Origin: Chiloscyllium plagiosum
Taxonomy: Eukaryota
Direction: 5' to 3'
Assembly (NCBI RefSeq): GCF_004010195.1
Contig: NW_025215155.1
Coordinates: 1 to 49,308, forward strand
DNA: 49,308 nucleotides
Shown here: positions 25,831-38,299 of the stretch, one piece after another
Position numbering within the stretch: position 1 is the first letter of the stretch
Layout: every line of letters begins with the position of its first letter
Notes under the pieces: generated by a model
Databases searched by the model: none
What the model saw: the letters and a program-made list of their open reading frames with translations, nothing else
What the model was told of the DNA's origin: nothing
Translations under genes and position numbers: made by a program

Positions 25831-26360
25831 TAGGTAAAAACAATGACTGCAGATGCTGGANNNNNNNNNNNNNNNNNNNNNNNNNNNNNNNNNNNNNNNN
25901 NNNNNNNNNNNNNNNNNNNNNNNNNNNNNNNNNNNNNNNNNNNNNNNNNNNNNNNNNNNNNNNNNNNNNNNNNNNNNNNNNNNNNNNNNNNNNNNNNNNN
26001 NNNNNNNNNNNNNNNNNNNNNNNNNNNNNNNNNNNNNNNNNNNNNNNNNNNNNNNNNNNNNNNNNNNNNNNNNNNNNNNNNNNNNNNNNNNNNNNNNNNN
26101 NNNNNNNNNNNNNNNNNNNNNNNNNNNNNNNNNNNNNNNNNNNNNNNNNNNNNNNNNNNNNNNNNNNNNNNNNNNNNNNNNNNNNNNNNNNNNNNNNNNN
26201 NNNNNNNNNNNNNNNNNNNNNNNNNNNNNNNNNNNNNNNNNNNNNNNNNNNNNNNNNNNNNNNNNNNNNNNNNNNNNNNNNNNNNNNNNNNNNNNNNNNN
26301 NNNNNNNNNNNNNNNNNNNNNNNNNNNNNNNNNNNNNNNNNNNNNNNNNNNNNNNNNNNN

Positions 26361-27096
26361 CAGCTGTGTGGTAGCCTATGTCACGATGTTCAGTCTCATT
26401 TTCCTCCAAAAATGCAACAAACTGCCTGTGGTTCAAAGCTCTTGCCCTGATAAAGTTAACTATTTTAGTTACAAAATCAACCACATGGTTAACTTTAAAC
26501 ACTGACTTACACAACACTCCCTGATATATAATATAATGCAAAAATACCAATTTCTGTTCAGGGTCAATTTCTGTCATTTTATCCTGCATTCTCTTTAAGA
26601 GTCCAACATTTTTTCCGGTTAGATTTGGACAACCATCCGTTGTCACGCCCGCCAGCTTGTCCCATTTTAGTCCCATTGTGTCCAAACATGCATTTACTTC
26701 TGTGAACAAATCATTACCAGTTGTTGTTCCTTTCATTGACTGCATGGCTGCCAGCTCCTCCGTGACTTTAAAGTCCGTAGTTATCCCACATACAAAGATG
26801 AGTAGCTGGGCTGTGTCATGTACGTCGCAGCACTCATCCAAAGCCAAGGAAAAAAAGTCAAAGTTGACCACTCTGTACTGCAGCTGAAGCTCCAGATTCC
26901 TTGCGATGTCCCCAATCCTTCTCGTTACAGTGCTTCGGGAGAGGGGCACATTCTCAAATGCCTCCTTTTACTCCGGGCATATTAGTTCTGCAGAGTCCAA
27001 CAAGCACTCCTTAATAAACTCTCCATCAGAAAACGGTTTACTGTTTCTGGTGATTTTGTGGGCTATGACATAACTTGTCTTGGCATGAGCTGACAT
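26361..27096 (-). pseudogene. hAT transposase pseudogene (N-terminal zinc-finger region deleted, one in-frame stop)
   Basis: MSAHAKTSYVIAHKITRNSKPFSDGEFIKECLLDSAELICPE*KEAFENVPLSR..., open from there to the gap. Confidence 0.85.
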
Positions 27097-27345
27097 TTTG
27101 AGGGCTCACCAGCAAGCACCACTTTTCGCTGTTCGCACACGCACACATGTACATACACAGGCATGTGCGAGCATACGTAAATAAAAAAAGCATCCTTTAC
27201 AAAACAAAAGCAACACAGTTGTATTGCGTGCATGGCATAAATACTTTTTTATTTAAGTTATAATTTAAGATTGACCTCATGTGGGTCGGACAGGAATGAC
27301 CAAGGAGCCGGATATGGCCCGCGGGCTGTAAAATGCCCAGGTCCG
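26361..27345 (-). mobile_element. hAT (Charlie / GTF2IRD2-like) DNA transposon, 5' part; the remainder is lost in the gap
   Basis: Transposase motifs KPFSDGEFIKECL, PLSRSTVTRRI, FSLALDECCDVHDTAQL, GVTTDGCPNLTG, IVNFIRARALNHRQF; terminus CGGACCTGGGCA...GCCCGCGGGCC; 8-bp flank ATCTAAAT. Confidence 0.92.
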
Positions 27346-27870
27346 ATCTAAATCAATGTGTTTATCGATGGAGTTCCGGTTAGAATGCCATGCCTCTCAG
27401 ACTTCTCGTGTGTGTCTTTGTTTCACCTGACCTAGGATGTGTGTGTTGTCCCAGTCAAAGTGGTATCCTTCTTTGTCTGTATAGACAAAGTGGGCATGAT
27501 AGTGGGCGTGTCTTTTGGTGGTCAATTGGTGTTCATGTATTCTGGTGTCAGGCTTCCTGCTAGTTTGCCTGATGTAGTGTTTTTTACAGTTCTTGTATGG
27601 TACCTTGTTAATGATGTTAGTTTTGCTGGTAGTATCAAATGGATCCTTTAAGTTCAATAGTCACTTTAAAATGTGTTGGTAGGTTTGTGGGCTATCATAA
27701 TGCCTAGGGGTCTGACTAGTCTGGGAATCATTTCTGATATGACATTGATGTAAGATAATGTGGCTATAGCTTTTGGTTCTTCTCGGTGTGTCGTGCATAT
27801 TTGACATTTGAAATCATTTCTCAATATCCACCTTGGTAACTGAGGCCTTCTTCTGCATTTGGCAGTGCCC
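27346..27870 (-). mobile_element. Penelope-like element fragment (host of the hAT insertion)
   Basis: ATLSYINVISE..RLVRPLGIMIAHKPTNT, KKHYIRQTSRK..RIHEHQL, HFDWDNTHILGQ; homologous to 18700-19200. Confidence 0.88.
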
Positions 27871-30800
27871 AAGTAACCTTGATGTAGGTTCTTTATGATC
27901 TCTGACTGAAGTTGGAATAACTAATACCCATTGTAGGCTAATATCTGACCAACAATGTTTTTTTTATGTTTAGGATAAGTTTCATAATAAACCACCAGGT
28001 CATTAGTATCAGCAGATTTCAGAAATATGTCAAGTATTGGTGGATGGATTCTGATGCACTCCTGGTCTTGCATGACTCCTGATGAATTTATTTCTGTCTA
28101 TTCTGATTTGCTGATCATTGTGTCACTATAGTCTGAGTGCACAAATCAATTTATTCAATAAAATTAACATCTCCCTGTGAAAGATTATCAAAGGCTGCTC
28201 TACAGGAGCTCCTGCTCTACAGTAGCCCCCTTTGGTAAGTATACATCCCACCAAGGAGTCCCCCACAGTTCATGATCTGTGTGACAAATACACATGTGAA
28301 TGATTCTGCAAGGAGATTCTCTCCCAATCAGAAGTTGTTTCTCTCTTTCTCACTGTTGAGTCTAGCAGCGGCCAAGCACAGAGGAGAAACCAGCTTTGAT
28401 TGGTGGTCCGTATGAACACATTCTTACCTTCACTCAGCCTGAGACCTGAGCATTGGACATGATGGAGAGTTTACAGACATTTGGGGAGTCTGTGAGGGAC
28501 AGGATACTAGCTGGCCAGGTGAGAGATGAAACTGGGAGTTGGTGAATGGGTGGGAGACTGAATTGGTGAGTAGATCAGCAGCATAGTTGGTGAGCAGGTT
28601 AGCGACTAAGCTGCCAAATGAATCACTAAGTGGGTTGGAGGAGGCGGCTCTGAGTTAAGCAGTGGGTCAGGGAAAGGACAAGATGGATTCCATCTCATTC
28701 AGGCTGTGGCCCTGACTCCAAACACCTAATCTTTGTTTAATTCTGTCTTTATTTTCTTGTCAAGTTTGATGTTCGCCACACTGTCAGCATGTTAGGTTTT
28801 GTTGAAAAACCATTTCTATATCACTAGCATCTCACCATGTTGCAACCACCGCTACCAGCATTGTGTTGTGGATCCAGCTGTCTGCCTCTTCAATGTAACC
28901 TGTAGACATCTCCGAATTTGAGTAACATAAACAGATGTTTGTTGCATTGCTATAAGCTATACACTTATATGATTAACTAAATATGGGTGACAAAATTTTG
29001 TCACCTGCTGCCTGGATACTGGACATTATTCTATATGATTCACTGAGGATACCAGGGGAATCCCTTTCACTGGAAAGTAAATATTCCGAGCCAGACTTAT
29101 AAATCATGTCAACATCAACCTGTATATTCATTTGGCATCTGTTTTACATGTGTCTTTGCCTGTCCCAGTGCTCCCATTTCATGCCATCGCAGTGGCTGCA
29201 CCATGGCTGGCAGAAAGCTTTTACTGGGAACAGAGTGCAGTTGGCCTTGTGAGAAATCTCAGCAATACTGACCAAAGTAAACCTGGTCTCAGTTTGCACT
29301 ATCTCGGCATGAGCAGAGGTAGTGTGAGCTGGAGAGATGGCTGGAAAGAGCAAAGCAATTCGCAGATCGGTTGCTGATATCCTGTGAGACGAATAAGGTT
29401 CATTTTCCACATTGTCACTGTCATTCCTCCAAAGTAAAACCTCAGCAATCCGCATAATGTATTGGAAAATAGATTGTTGAGTTGCTGTGATAGCCCTGCA
29501 AAGTATCTGGCATAGTGACAGCCTCACTAATTTGATTTAGGACAGTTAACATCGAAAGATAAATCATAACACCTCATTTTATGCAATAGAGCTACATAAT
29601 ACGATTTTACATTTTACAACAATAAAAGCAAACTTAATTGTGTGGAAAAGACTTGAGCAAAACAAACACCCTATTATATAATGGTTTATAGTTACAAGGA
29701 TTATAAATAAACCAAGGTTTATTTCCTTCTTCCCCCAAGAACTCTTTTAGAACTCACATCAATATTAATGTCATTTACTTCTGTAGGGGCTACCCATAAG
29801 TTCTGTGGAATTTTATTTCTCCTCCGTTCCAGTTATTAAGGCTTCCAATTCCTCTTGATTGTCTCGTCCTGTTTGTTGTGTTATTCTGTACATTCCAGGC
29901 CAGACAAGCAATGTTCCTTTAAGACAGTTATATGATACCATGACATGTGATGTTCTTGTATAAAGGAAGAAATCACATCATCTTGTCCGGGTTGCCTTTT
30001 CAATAGTTCATAGGTAATCTTGTTGATTGCTTTCTTTAGTCTCTGCTGAACACTATGAAGATCATTGTTGCTTTTTGCATGAGCATCAAATATGGTAAAT
30101 TTCCAGATTCTATTCCCTCACAAAATTCTAACTGAGCCCATACACGCAATCCAAATGATAAATGATAAAGTTAGTACTTTCCTCTGCTGATAGCACAGGT
30201 TATTTAATATTGATGGATTGTTGAGCAAGGCAGACTGCATTGAAGCTGTGGAGGCTATATATGATGCTAGCCATGAACACAATCAGTCCCCCTTTTATTC
30301 TCTTGCCAGTCAACTGCCATGCAATTATCATTTTGATGAGTAGGTAGCACAGAGATTTATGCTGCTTGCTTCAACTCAAATCATGCCACCAATTGTGATC
30401 ACAGGACTGCTAATGGATTTAATTGAGTTTATAATCCTAATTCTTATGGTGGTAAATATACACAGAACTCCCTTCAGTGTGAATATGTAATTCCTATCAT
30501 GCCCAAACTGTTCACATTGCTCCTGATATGATTTAACCAGGGCTTTAGATTCCTGCCATGTCAATTCCACCCATTTGTAGTCTCATCTTTCAGATATAAA
30601 AGCCTGAATTCTGTTCATCTCTATGATTAATCTTTGTATTGCTCTTAGCAATTTAATATTCCACATATTTTACATATTCTTTGGACATCCAATATTTCCA
30701 TCTTTTCATTAATTAACTGTATCAAATATCTTTGTAATTGTATGCTTTTCATCAATTTAAGCTTAAAATTAGAAGAAAGCCATTCACAAGTGCAATAAGG

Positions 30801-31006
30801 AAACAGTTTTTCTGATAAAGGGTGGTAAAATTGTGAAAATCTGTTACTTCAGAAAGTTCACAGTGTGAAGGAATAAATGGAGCCTTTAGGCCTAGTAATA
30901 ATAAATTGGTTTCAGTAAAGATGACGAATATGAATGAAAGGTTGATAAATGGAATCAAGTTTCATATAAACCACAATTCAGTAGAAAGGTGAAGTGGTCA
31001 TCCAGC

Positions 31007-31105
31007 TTGAAGAAGGGTCACTAGATCCAAAACATTAATTCTGTTTCTCTTTCCACATATGCTGCCAGACTTGCTGAGTTTCTCTGGCATTTCTGTTGTT
31101 GTTTC
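31007..31105 (+). mobile_element. Short Penelope-derived element with decayed hammerhead core
   Basis: TTGAAGAAGGGTC-ACTA-GATCC-AAAAC followed by GCTGCCAGACTTGCTGAGTTTCTC, similar to the other short elements. Confidence 0.5.
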
Positions 31106-32708
31106 ATTTGAGATGGGCTTTCCTTTCCTATGTGTTGACTCTTTTCAATGCCTCATCACATACATTGTGGACATACAAGTCAACAGTAGACCATCTAGCT
31201 TCTTGAGTCTGCTGCACTAATTAATGAGATTGTAGGTCATCTGACTGTAAACTAAATTCAACATTCCAGGCTCTCTCCTATCACCCTTTAGCTTAACAAG
31301 GATCTGTCCACCTCTGCATTAAAAACATTCATAAACTCTGCTCTGATACCTAGCTCCGCCAGTTAGCCATCTTGGATATCCAACTCATAGCATGCTCCAA
31401 GTGACAAGTAACATTCACACTACACAAAGGCTGGGCAATGGGCATTACCAATAAGACAATCTAACCACCACCCCTTGTCATTCAATGATGTTACCCTTAC
31501 TGAATACCCCATTATCAACATCCTGGGAATTACCATTGGCCATAAACTGAAATGGACTTGAGCCGTGGGAGAGGCTGAATAGGCTGAGGCTGTTTTCACT
31601 GGAGCTGAGGGGTAACTCACTTTAAGATAGAAGGTGTTTTCTGAATTTTAAAGGAAATGTAAAGCATAGCCACAGCTGTTAAAATGCAGAACAGCTAGGA
31701 GATGGGCTATTCCAAAATAAATGCATGTAACAACTGGCTGTTAAATGGATACCTGAGGATTGGTTGCTGTTTTGACAACAATTCAAATTTAATCAATTAA
31801 TTTAAATTCCAATTGAATTTGAACTTATTGTATTGACAACATCAGATCATTGAAAGGGAGCAATTTTGGGGGTATAAAACAAAGGTATTTTCAAAATTGG
31901 TCAGAGCAATTGCCATAGATTTGAAGAGCAAATGCCATCTGAAGAAATAGCATCTTGCACACAAAGAAATTTCAGAAGGCACTATCTATCAAAAGGTACC
32001 CTTTCCTGTAAAAACAGAAAAAAGTAGAAAGACAAATCCGGGAGAAGACAGCAGAAGTATGCACGGTACTTTAAGAGAGAGTGAATGTTGTTTTGCACTG
32101 AGAGCTTACAAGCACCTGTCATATGACTAGCTAGCACTCTGGAAAATTGAAAATATGTAACATTTGGCTGTGAGTTAGATATCTGAGTTGGTTGTTGTTT
32201 TGACAACAATTCGAATTTAACTAATCAGTTTAAATTATGCTTCAGGATACTAAATCCCAATCGAGTTTGAATTTATTGTTTTTGCCAACCTCAAACCAAT
32301 GAGACGATCTGATGTTGGGAGTATAAAAAAAGCAGGAAGTTTGAAGTCAGACAAGGTAACTGCCATTGAGAGAGTAACTGTCATTCAAAAACATTCTCTA
32401 TCAAAGGTACTTTCCATGTAAAAAATATATTCACAGTAAAAGAAAGAAGATGACCCAGGGAGATCTTCAACTAAAAGAGGACAGACACCGATTGGATTAG
32501 TGTAGTGTTATAGAGTTGAAGGCAGATAATAAGCAGTTAAGAGATTTATGAAAAGTAGTTGTTTAATGTTGACTTTTAGAGTTAAGGAATAAATTGACAT
32601 TATTTTCTTCAAATAGTGGAATTTGGGAGTTCTCTGTCACTCATATTTTAACCGATAATGAGGCGCGGTGAGCTTTTCTGGGCGTTTGGTTTAATTAGCA
32701 GAAAGGTT

Positions 32709-33580
32709 GTGGGGGAAAGCATAAGGTACTGTCAGAGAATACAGGAGGAAATAGATAGAATGGAGAGTTGGGCAGAAAAGTGGCAGATGGCTTTCAATCC
32801 AGACAAATGTGAGGTGATGCATTTAGGCAACACTAATTCTAGAGCGAATTATACAATGAATGGAAGAGCCTTGGGAAAAGTTGATGGGCAGAAGGATCTG
32901 GGAGTGCAGGTCCATTGTACCCTGAAGGTTGCTGCACAGCTGGATAGAATGGTCAAGAAGGCATATAGTATGCTTGCCTTAATCGGACGGGGTATTGAGT
33001 ATAAGAGCTGGCAAGTCATGTTAAAATTGTACAAGACACTTCTTCGGCCGCATTTAGAATACTGTGTACAGTTCTGGTTGCCACATTAACAAAAGGATGG
33101 GGACGCTTTGAAGAGGGTGCAGAGAAGGTTTACGAGGATGTTGCCTGGCATGGAAGGTGCTAGCTATGAAGAGAGGTTGAGTAGGTTAGGGTTATTTTCA
33201 TTAGAAAGAAGGAGATTGAGGGGGGACCTGATTGAAGTTTACAAAATCATGAAGGGTGTAGACAGGGTGGATAGAGACAAGCTTTTTCCCAGGGTGAAGG
33301 ATTCAATAACGAGAGGTCATGCTTTCAAGGTGAGAGGTGGAATGTTTAAGGGGGATACACGCGGTAAGTACTTCACACAGTGGTGGACATTTGGAACGCG
33401 TTGCCAGTAGAGGCAGGCACGGTAGATTCATTTAAGATGCGTCTGGACAGATGCATGTAGGTGGGGAGCAGAGGGATACAGATGCTTAGGAATTGACTGA
33501 CAGGTGTAGACAGTACATTTGGATCGGCTCAGGCTTGAAGGGCCGAAGGGCTTGTTCCTGGTCTGTAAATTTTCTTTGTT
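32709..33580 (+). mobile_element. 5'-truncated CR1 LINE
   Basis: WQMAFNPDKCEVMHLG, LYKTLLRPHLEYCVQFW, RRLRGDLIEVYK. Confidence 0.95.
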
Positions 33581-33610
33581 CACCGCTGTGTTGTAACATT
33601 AGTTAAGGGA

Positions 33611-34085
33611 AAGAACATAGAACATAGAACAATACAGCACAGAACAGGCCCTTTGGCCCACGATGTTGTGCCAAACATTTGTCCTAGCTTAAGCACCTAT
33701 CCATGTACCTATCCAATTGCCGCTTAAAGGTCACCAATGATTCTGACTCTACCACTCCCACAGGCAGCGCATTCCATGCCCCCACCACTCTCTGGGTAAA
33801 GAACCTACCCCTGACATACCCCTATACCTTCCACCCTTCACCTTAAATTTATGTCCTCTTGTAACACTCTGTTGTACCCGGGGGGGAAAAGTCTCTGACT
33901 GTCTACTCTATCTATTCCCCTGATCATCTTATAAACCTCTATCAAGTCACCCCTCATCCTTCGCTGTTCCAATGAGAAAAGGCCTAGCACTCTCAACCTA
34001 TCCTCGTACGACCTATTCTCCATTCCAGGCAACATCCTGGTAAATCTCCTCTGCACCCTCTCCAAAGCTTCCACATCTTTCCTAA
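33611..34085 (-). mobile_element. CR1 3' end
   Basis: (AGAACAT)n tail; LERVQRRFTRMLPGM, RMRGDLIEVYK. Confidence 0.93.
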
Positions 34086-35476
34086 AATGTTGTTTTGCAC
34101 TGAGAGCTTACAAGCACCTGTCATATGACTAGCTAGCACTCTGGAAAATTGAAAATATGTAACATTTGGCTGTGAGTTAGATATCTGAGTTGGTTGTTGT
34201 TTTGACAACAATTCGAATTTAACTAATCAGTTTAAATTATGCTTCAGGATACTAAAACCCAATCGAGTTTGAATTTATTGTTTTTGCCAACCTCAAACCA
34301 ATGAGACGATCTGATGTTGGGCGTTTAAAAAAAGCAGGAAGTTTGAAGTCAGACAGGGTAACTGCCATTGAGAGAGTAACTGTCATTCAAAAACATTCTC
34401 TATCAAAGGTACTTTCCATGTAAAAAATATATTCACAGTAAAAGAAAGAAGATGACCCAGGGAGATCTCAGCTAAAAGAGGACAGACACTGATTGGATTA
34501 GTGTAGTGTTATAGAGTTGAAGGCAGATAATAAGCAGTTAAGAGATTTATGAAAAGTAGTTGTTTAACGTTGACTTTTAGAGTTAAGGAATAAATTGACA
34601 TTATTTTCTTTAAATAGTGGAATTTGAGAGTTCTCTGTCACTCATATTTTAACCGATAATGAGGCGCGGTGAGCTTTTCTGGGCGTTTGGTTTAATTAGC
34701 AGAAAGGTTGTGGGGGAAAGCATAAGGTACTGTCAGAGAATACAGGAGGAAATAGATAGACTGGAGAGTTGGGCAGAAAAGTGGCAGATGGCTTTCAATC
34801 CAGACAAATGTGAGGTGATGCATTTAGGCAAGACTAATTCTAGAGCGAATTATATAATGAATGGAAGAACCATGGGAAAAGTTGATGGGCAGAAGGATCT
34901 GGGATCGCAGGTCCATTGTACCCTGAAGGTTGCTGCACAGCTGGATAGAATGGTCAAGAAGGCATATAGTATGCTTGCCTTCATCGGACTGGGTATTGAG
35001 TATAAGAGCTGGCAAGTCATGTTAAAATTGTACAAGACATTTCTTCGGCCGCATTTAGAATACTGTGTACAGTTCTGGTCGCCACATTAACAAAAGGATG
35101 TGGACGCTTTGAAGAGAGTGCAGAGAAGGTTTACAAGGATGTTGCCTGGCATGGAAGGTTATTTTCATTAGAAAAAAGGAGATTGAGGGGGGACCTGATT
35201 GAAGTTTACAAAATCATGAAGGGTATAGACAGGGTGGATAGAGACAAGCTTTTTCCCAGGGTGAAGGTTTCAATAATGAGAGGTCATGCTTTCAAGGTGA
35301 GAGGTGGAATGTTTAAGGGGGATACACGCAGTAAGTACTTCACACAGTGGTGGGCATTTGGAACGTGTTGCCAGTAGAGGTAGTAGAGGCAGGCACGGTA
35401 GATTCATTTAAGATGCGTCTGGACAGATGCATGAGTAGCTGGGGAGCAGAGGGATACAGATGCTTAGGAATTGACT
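34086..35476 (+). repeat. Near-identical second copy of 32084-33498 (LTR-like segment plus CR1)
   Basis: Direct sequence match at offset about 2002, including the same LTR/CR1 junction; runs into the gap. Confidence 0.95.
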
Positions 35477-36141
35477 NNNNNNNNNNNNNNNNNNNNNNNN
35501 NNNNNNNNNNNNNNNNNNNNNNNNNNNNNNNNNNNNNNNNNNNNNNNNNNNNNNNNNNNNNNNNNNNNNNNNNNNNNNNNNNNNNNNNNNNNNNNNNNNN
35601 NNNNNNNNNNNNNNNNNNNNNNNNNNNNNNNNNNNNNNNNNNNNNNNNNNNNNNNNNNNNNNNNNNNNNNNNNNNNNNNNNNNNNNNNNNNNNNNNNNNN
35701 NNNNNNNNNNNNNNNNNNNNNNNNNNNNNNNNNNNNNNNNNNNNNNNNNNNNNNNNNNNNNNNNNNNNNNNNNNNNNNNNNNNNNNNNNNNNNNNNNNNN
35801 NNNNNNNNNNNNNNNNNNNNNNNNNNNNNNNNNNNNNNNNNNNNNNNNNNNNNNNNNNNNNNNNNNNNNNNNNNNNNNNNNNNNNNNNNNNNNNNNNNNN
35901 NNNNNNNNNNNNNNNNNNNNNNNNNNNNNNNNNNNNNNNNNNNNNNNNNNNNNNNNNNNNNNNNNNNNNNNNNNNNNNNNNNNNNNNNNNNNNNNNNNNN
36001 NNNNNNNNNNNNNNNNNNNNNNNNNNNNNNNNNNNNNNNNNNNNNNNNNNNNNNNNNNNNNNNNNNNNNNNNNNNNNNNNNNNNNNNNNNNNNNNNNNNN
36101 NNNNNNNNNNNNNNNNNNNNNNNNNNNNNNNNNNNNNNNNN

Positions 36142-36550
36142 TGCAGCCGACAACAGCCTTCCTCACTATCCACAACTCCACCAATCTTCGTATCGTCTGC
36201 AAATTTACTGACCCACCCTTCGGCTCCCTCATCTAAGTCATTAATAAAAATTACAAACAGCAGAGGACCTAGAACTGATCCCTGCGGAACTCCACTTGTA
36301 ACTGGGCTCCAGGCTGAATATTTGCCATCTATCACCACTCTCTGACTTCGACCGGTTAGCCAGTTTTCTATCCAACTGGCCAAATTTCCCACTATCCCAT
36401 GCCTCCTGACTTTCCGCATAAGCCTACCATGGGGAACCTTATCAAATGCCTTATTAAAATCCATGTACACTACATCCACTGCACTACCCTCATCCACATG
36501 CTTGGTCACCTCCTCAAAGAATTCAATAAGACTTACCCTTCACAAATCCA
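36142..36550 (-). mobile_element. CR1 RT core fragment
   Basis: [44 protein letters not shown] in one open frame. Confidence 0.95.
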
Positions 36551-36745
36551 CATTTATTTGGTTTGTTAATAGTTTTGGTTAGTTTTCCCTGTTAGGGTTA
36601 AATAAATAAATAGTTACATTTTATTTATGCAAGGGAAATCAGGGATCTTCTTTCATTCACACATTTTTAACAAATATGAGGCAAGCCGAGCTTTTCTGGA
36701 TTTTTAGTTTTAATTAGCAAGGCATTCGACCTCTTTGTCGTAACA

Positions 36746-37150
36746 ATGGCATGCATAGAATGAGCTGCCAGAGGAAGTGGTGGAGACTGGTACAATTACA
36801 ACATTTAAAAGGCATCTGGATGCGTATATGAATAAGAAGTGTTGAGAGGGATATGGACCAAGTGCTGGCAAATGGGACTAGATTAATTCAGGATTACAAG
36901 TTTCCCTCGCCGTCTGAAAGTAGAGCGTTCCTAAGAAACCGAAATAGCATAAAACGAAGAAGCAATTACATTTTTCGTAAAGTGAAAATCCTCTTTGGAT
37001 TTCTTTTGGTTAGCGTAAACAGGTACTAATGTAAGCCTTTTCTAAAAGTGAAGTGGCGTAAAGGGAACTTTTGAAAAGTGGGGGATACCTGTACTGGTTG
37101 GCATGAATGAGTTAGACGGAAGGGTCTGTTTCCATGAATCTATGACTATG
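36746..37150 (+). mobile_element. CR1 3' fragment (continuation of 31561-31615), interrupted by a MITE
   Basis: GAATGAGCTGCCAGAGGAAGTGGTGGAG...CTATGACTATGA tail. Confidence 0.8.
36897..37091. mobile_element. Tigger/pogo-like MITE (195 bp)
   Basis: TA on both sides (36895-96, 37092-93); imperfect TIRs CAAGTTTCCCTCGC and reverse-complement CAGGTATCCCCCAC; the host CR1 rejoins when it is removed. Confidence 0.7.
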
Positions 37151-38299
37151 ATATAAACACAATAGCTACAAGAGCAGATCAGAGCTTAGGAACACTGCAG
37201 CGAGTAACGCATCTCCTGACTCCCCAAAGCCTGTCCACCATCTACAAGACACAAGTCAGGAGTGTGATGGAAAACTTTCCACTTGTCTGGATGGTGCAGC
37301 TCCAACAACACTCGAGAAGCTTGACACCATCAAAGACAAAGCAGTCCATTTGATTGGCACCACATTCACAAGCATACATTCCCTCCACCACCGATGGTCG
37401 TGAGCATTCTGTGTATACTATCTACAAGATACACTGCAGAAACTCACCAAAGATCCTTCCGCAGTGCCCTCCAAACACATGAACACTTCTATCTAGAAGA
37501 ATAAGGGCAGCAGATATATGGAAACACCATCACTTGCATGTTGCACTCCAAGCCGCTCATCATTCTGACTTGGAAATCTATCACTTTTCCTTCAGTGTTA
37601 CTGGATCCTGGAATTCCCTCCCTTTTGGCCTTGTGGTTCAACCTAATGCACATGGTCTACACTGGTTCAAGAAGTCAGTTCACCATCATCTTTTCAAGGA
37701 TGAGCAATAAATGCTGACCAGCCAGTGATACCCACATCCCATGAATGAATAAACAAAAATACTGCGGGAGGTGTGGTGATATGGAGGTGGGAGGACTGTG
37801 CAGCACAATGGTGGACATCACCAAATTGTAGTGACAGGGCTCAGGGCACAAGGAAGATAGCTGGTGTCTCAGCTTGAGGTGGTAATTATGATGTTGTGAT
37901 GGGTTGTCGAGGGAGTGTTTATAGAAAGGGACATGGAAGTTCATGAAGGCAGCCCGACTATTTTGCTGAGCCTGGGACGCACTGTGTCCAACTCGATCTG
38001 CATTGCCTTCCCAGATCTGCCATTTGCAAAAAGCAATGTACAAATGGAAATTGGTGAGGACCATGGCTGGAGAGTGGGCAAGCCTGTGTCAGTTTGATGA
38101 TCAAAACATGGACTCCACTCCTCTGTGACAGGAGACCCTTCAAGGGGCAATTGCATTTATCATGCACCTGCAGAATGTACTTTCACGCTACTTGCCATCA
38201 TATCATTGTCCATGTGAAATGGATGCAATGTATAAGTAATTAGAGTGCAAATGCTGATTGCAGGCAATGGTCGCCATATCACTTGTCTTTGCAAATTGC

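Larger units (their letters stand above)
31620..36745 (+). mobile_element. LTR-like element with internal direct repeats, broken by CR1 insertions and a duplication
   Basis: Block 31725-32060 is repeated at 32155-32480. The 3' module GAGCTTTTCTGG..TTTAATTAGCA...GTAACA occurs at 32670-33598 (split by a CR1) and again ending at 36745. No 5' TG or TSD identified. Confidence 0.5.
31390..37760 (+). mobile_element. Old CR1-superfamily (Zenon/Crack-like) LINE 3' part, split into 31390-31558 and 37150-37760 by nested insertions
   Basis: INILGITI..KLKWT before the break continues as INTIATRADQSLG and LSTIYKTQVRSVME..KLDTIKDKAVHLIG; ends GCAATAAATGCTG...ATGAATGAATAA. Confidence 0.75.

Noticed and set aside
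26361..26949. Domesticated GTF2IRD2/ZBED-like host gene
   Set aside because: It retains a transposon terminus and target-site flank, sits inside a Penelope fragment, and has an in-frame stop and an N-terminal deletion.
28428..28489. Minus-strand exon with strong splice signals (CCCTCACAG...AAG/GTAAGA)
   Set aside because: All three frames contain stops; it could only be non-coding, and nothing else supports it.
25786..36509. ORFs of 170-390 aa spanning 25786-26949 and 35340-36509
   Set aside because: Their length comes from translating N gaps; only the non-N parts (hAT transposase, CR1 RT) are meaningful.
37780..38290. Possible decayed Harbinger-like transposase region
   Set aside because: No diagnostic catalytic motif could be read in any frame.
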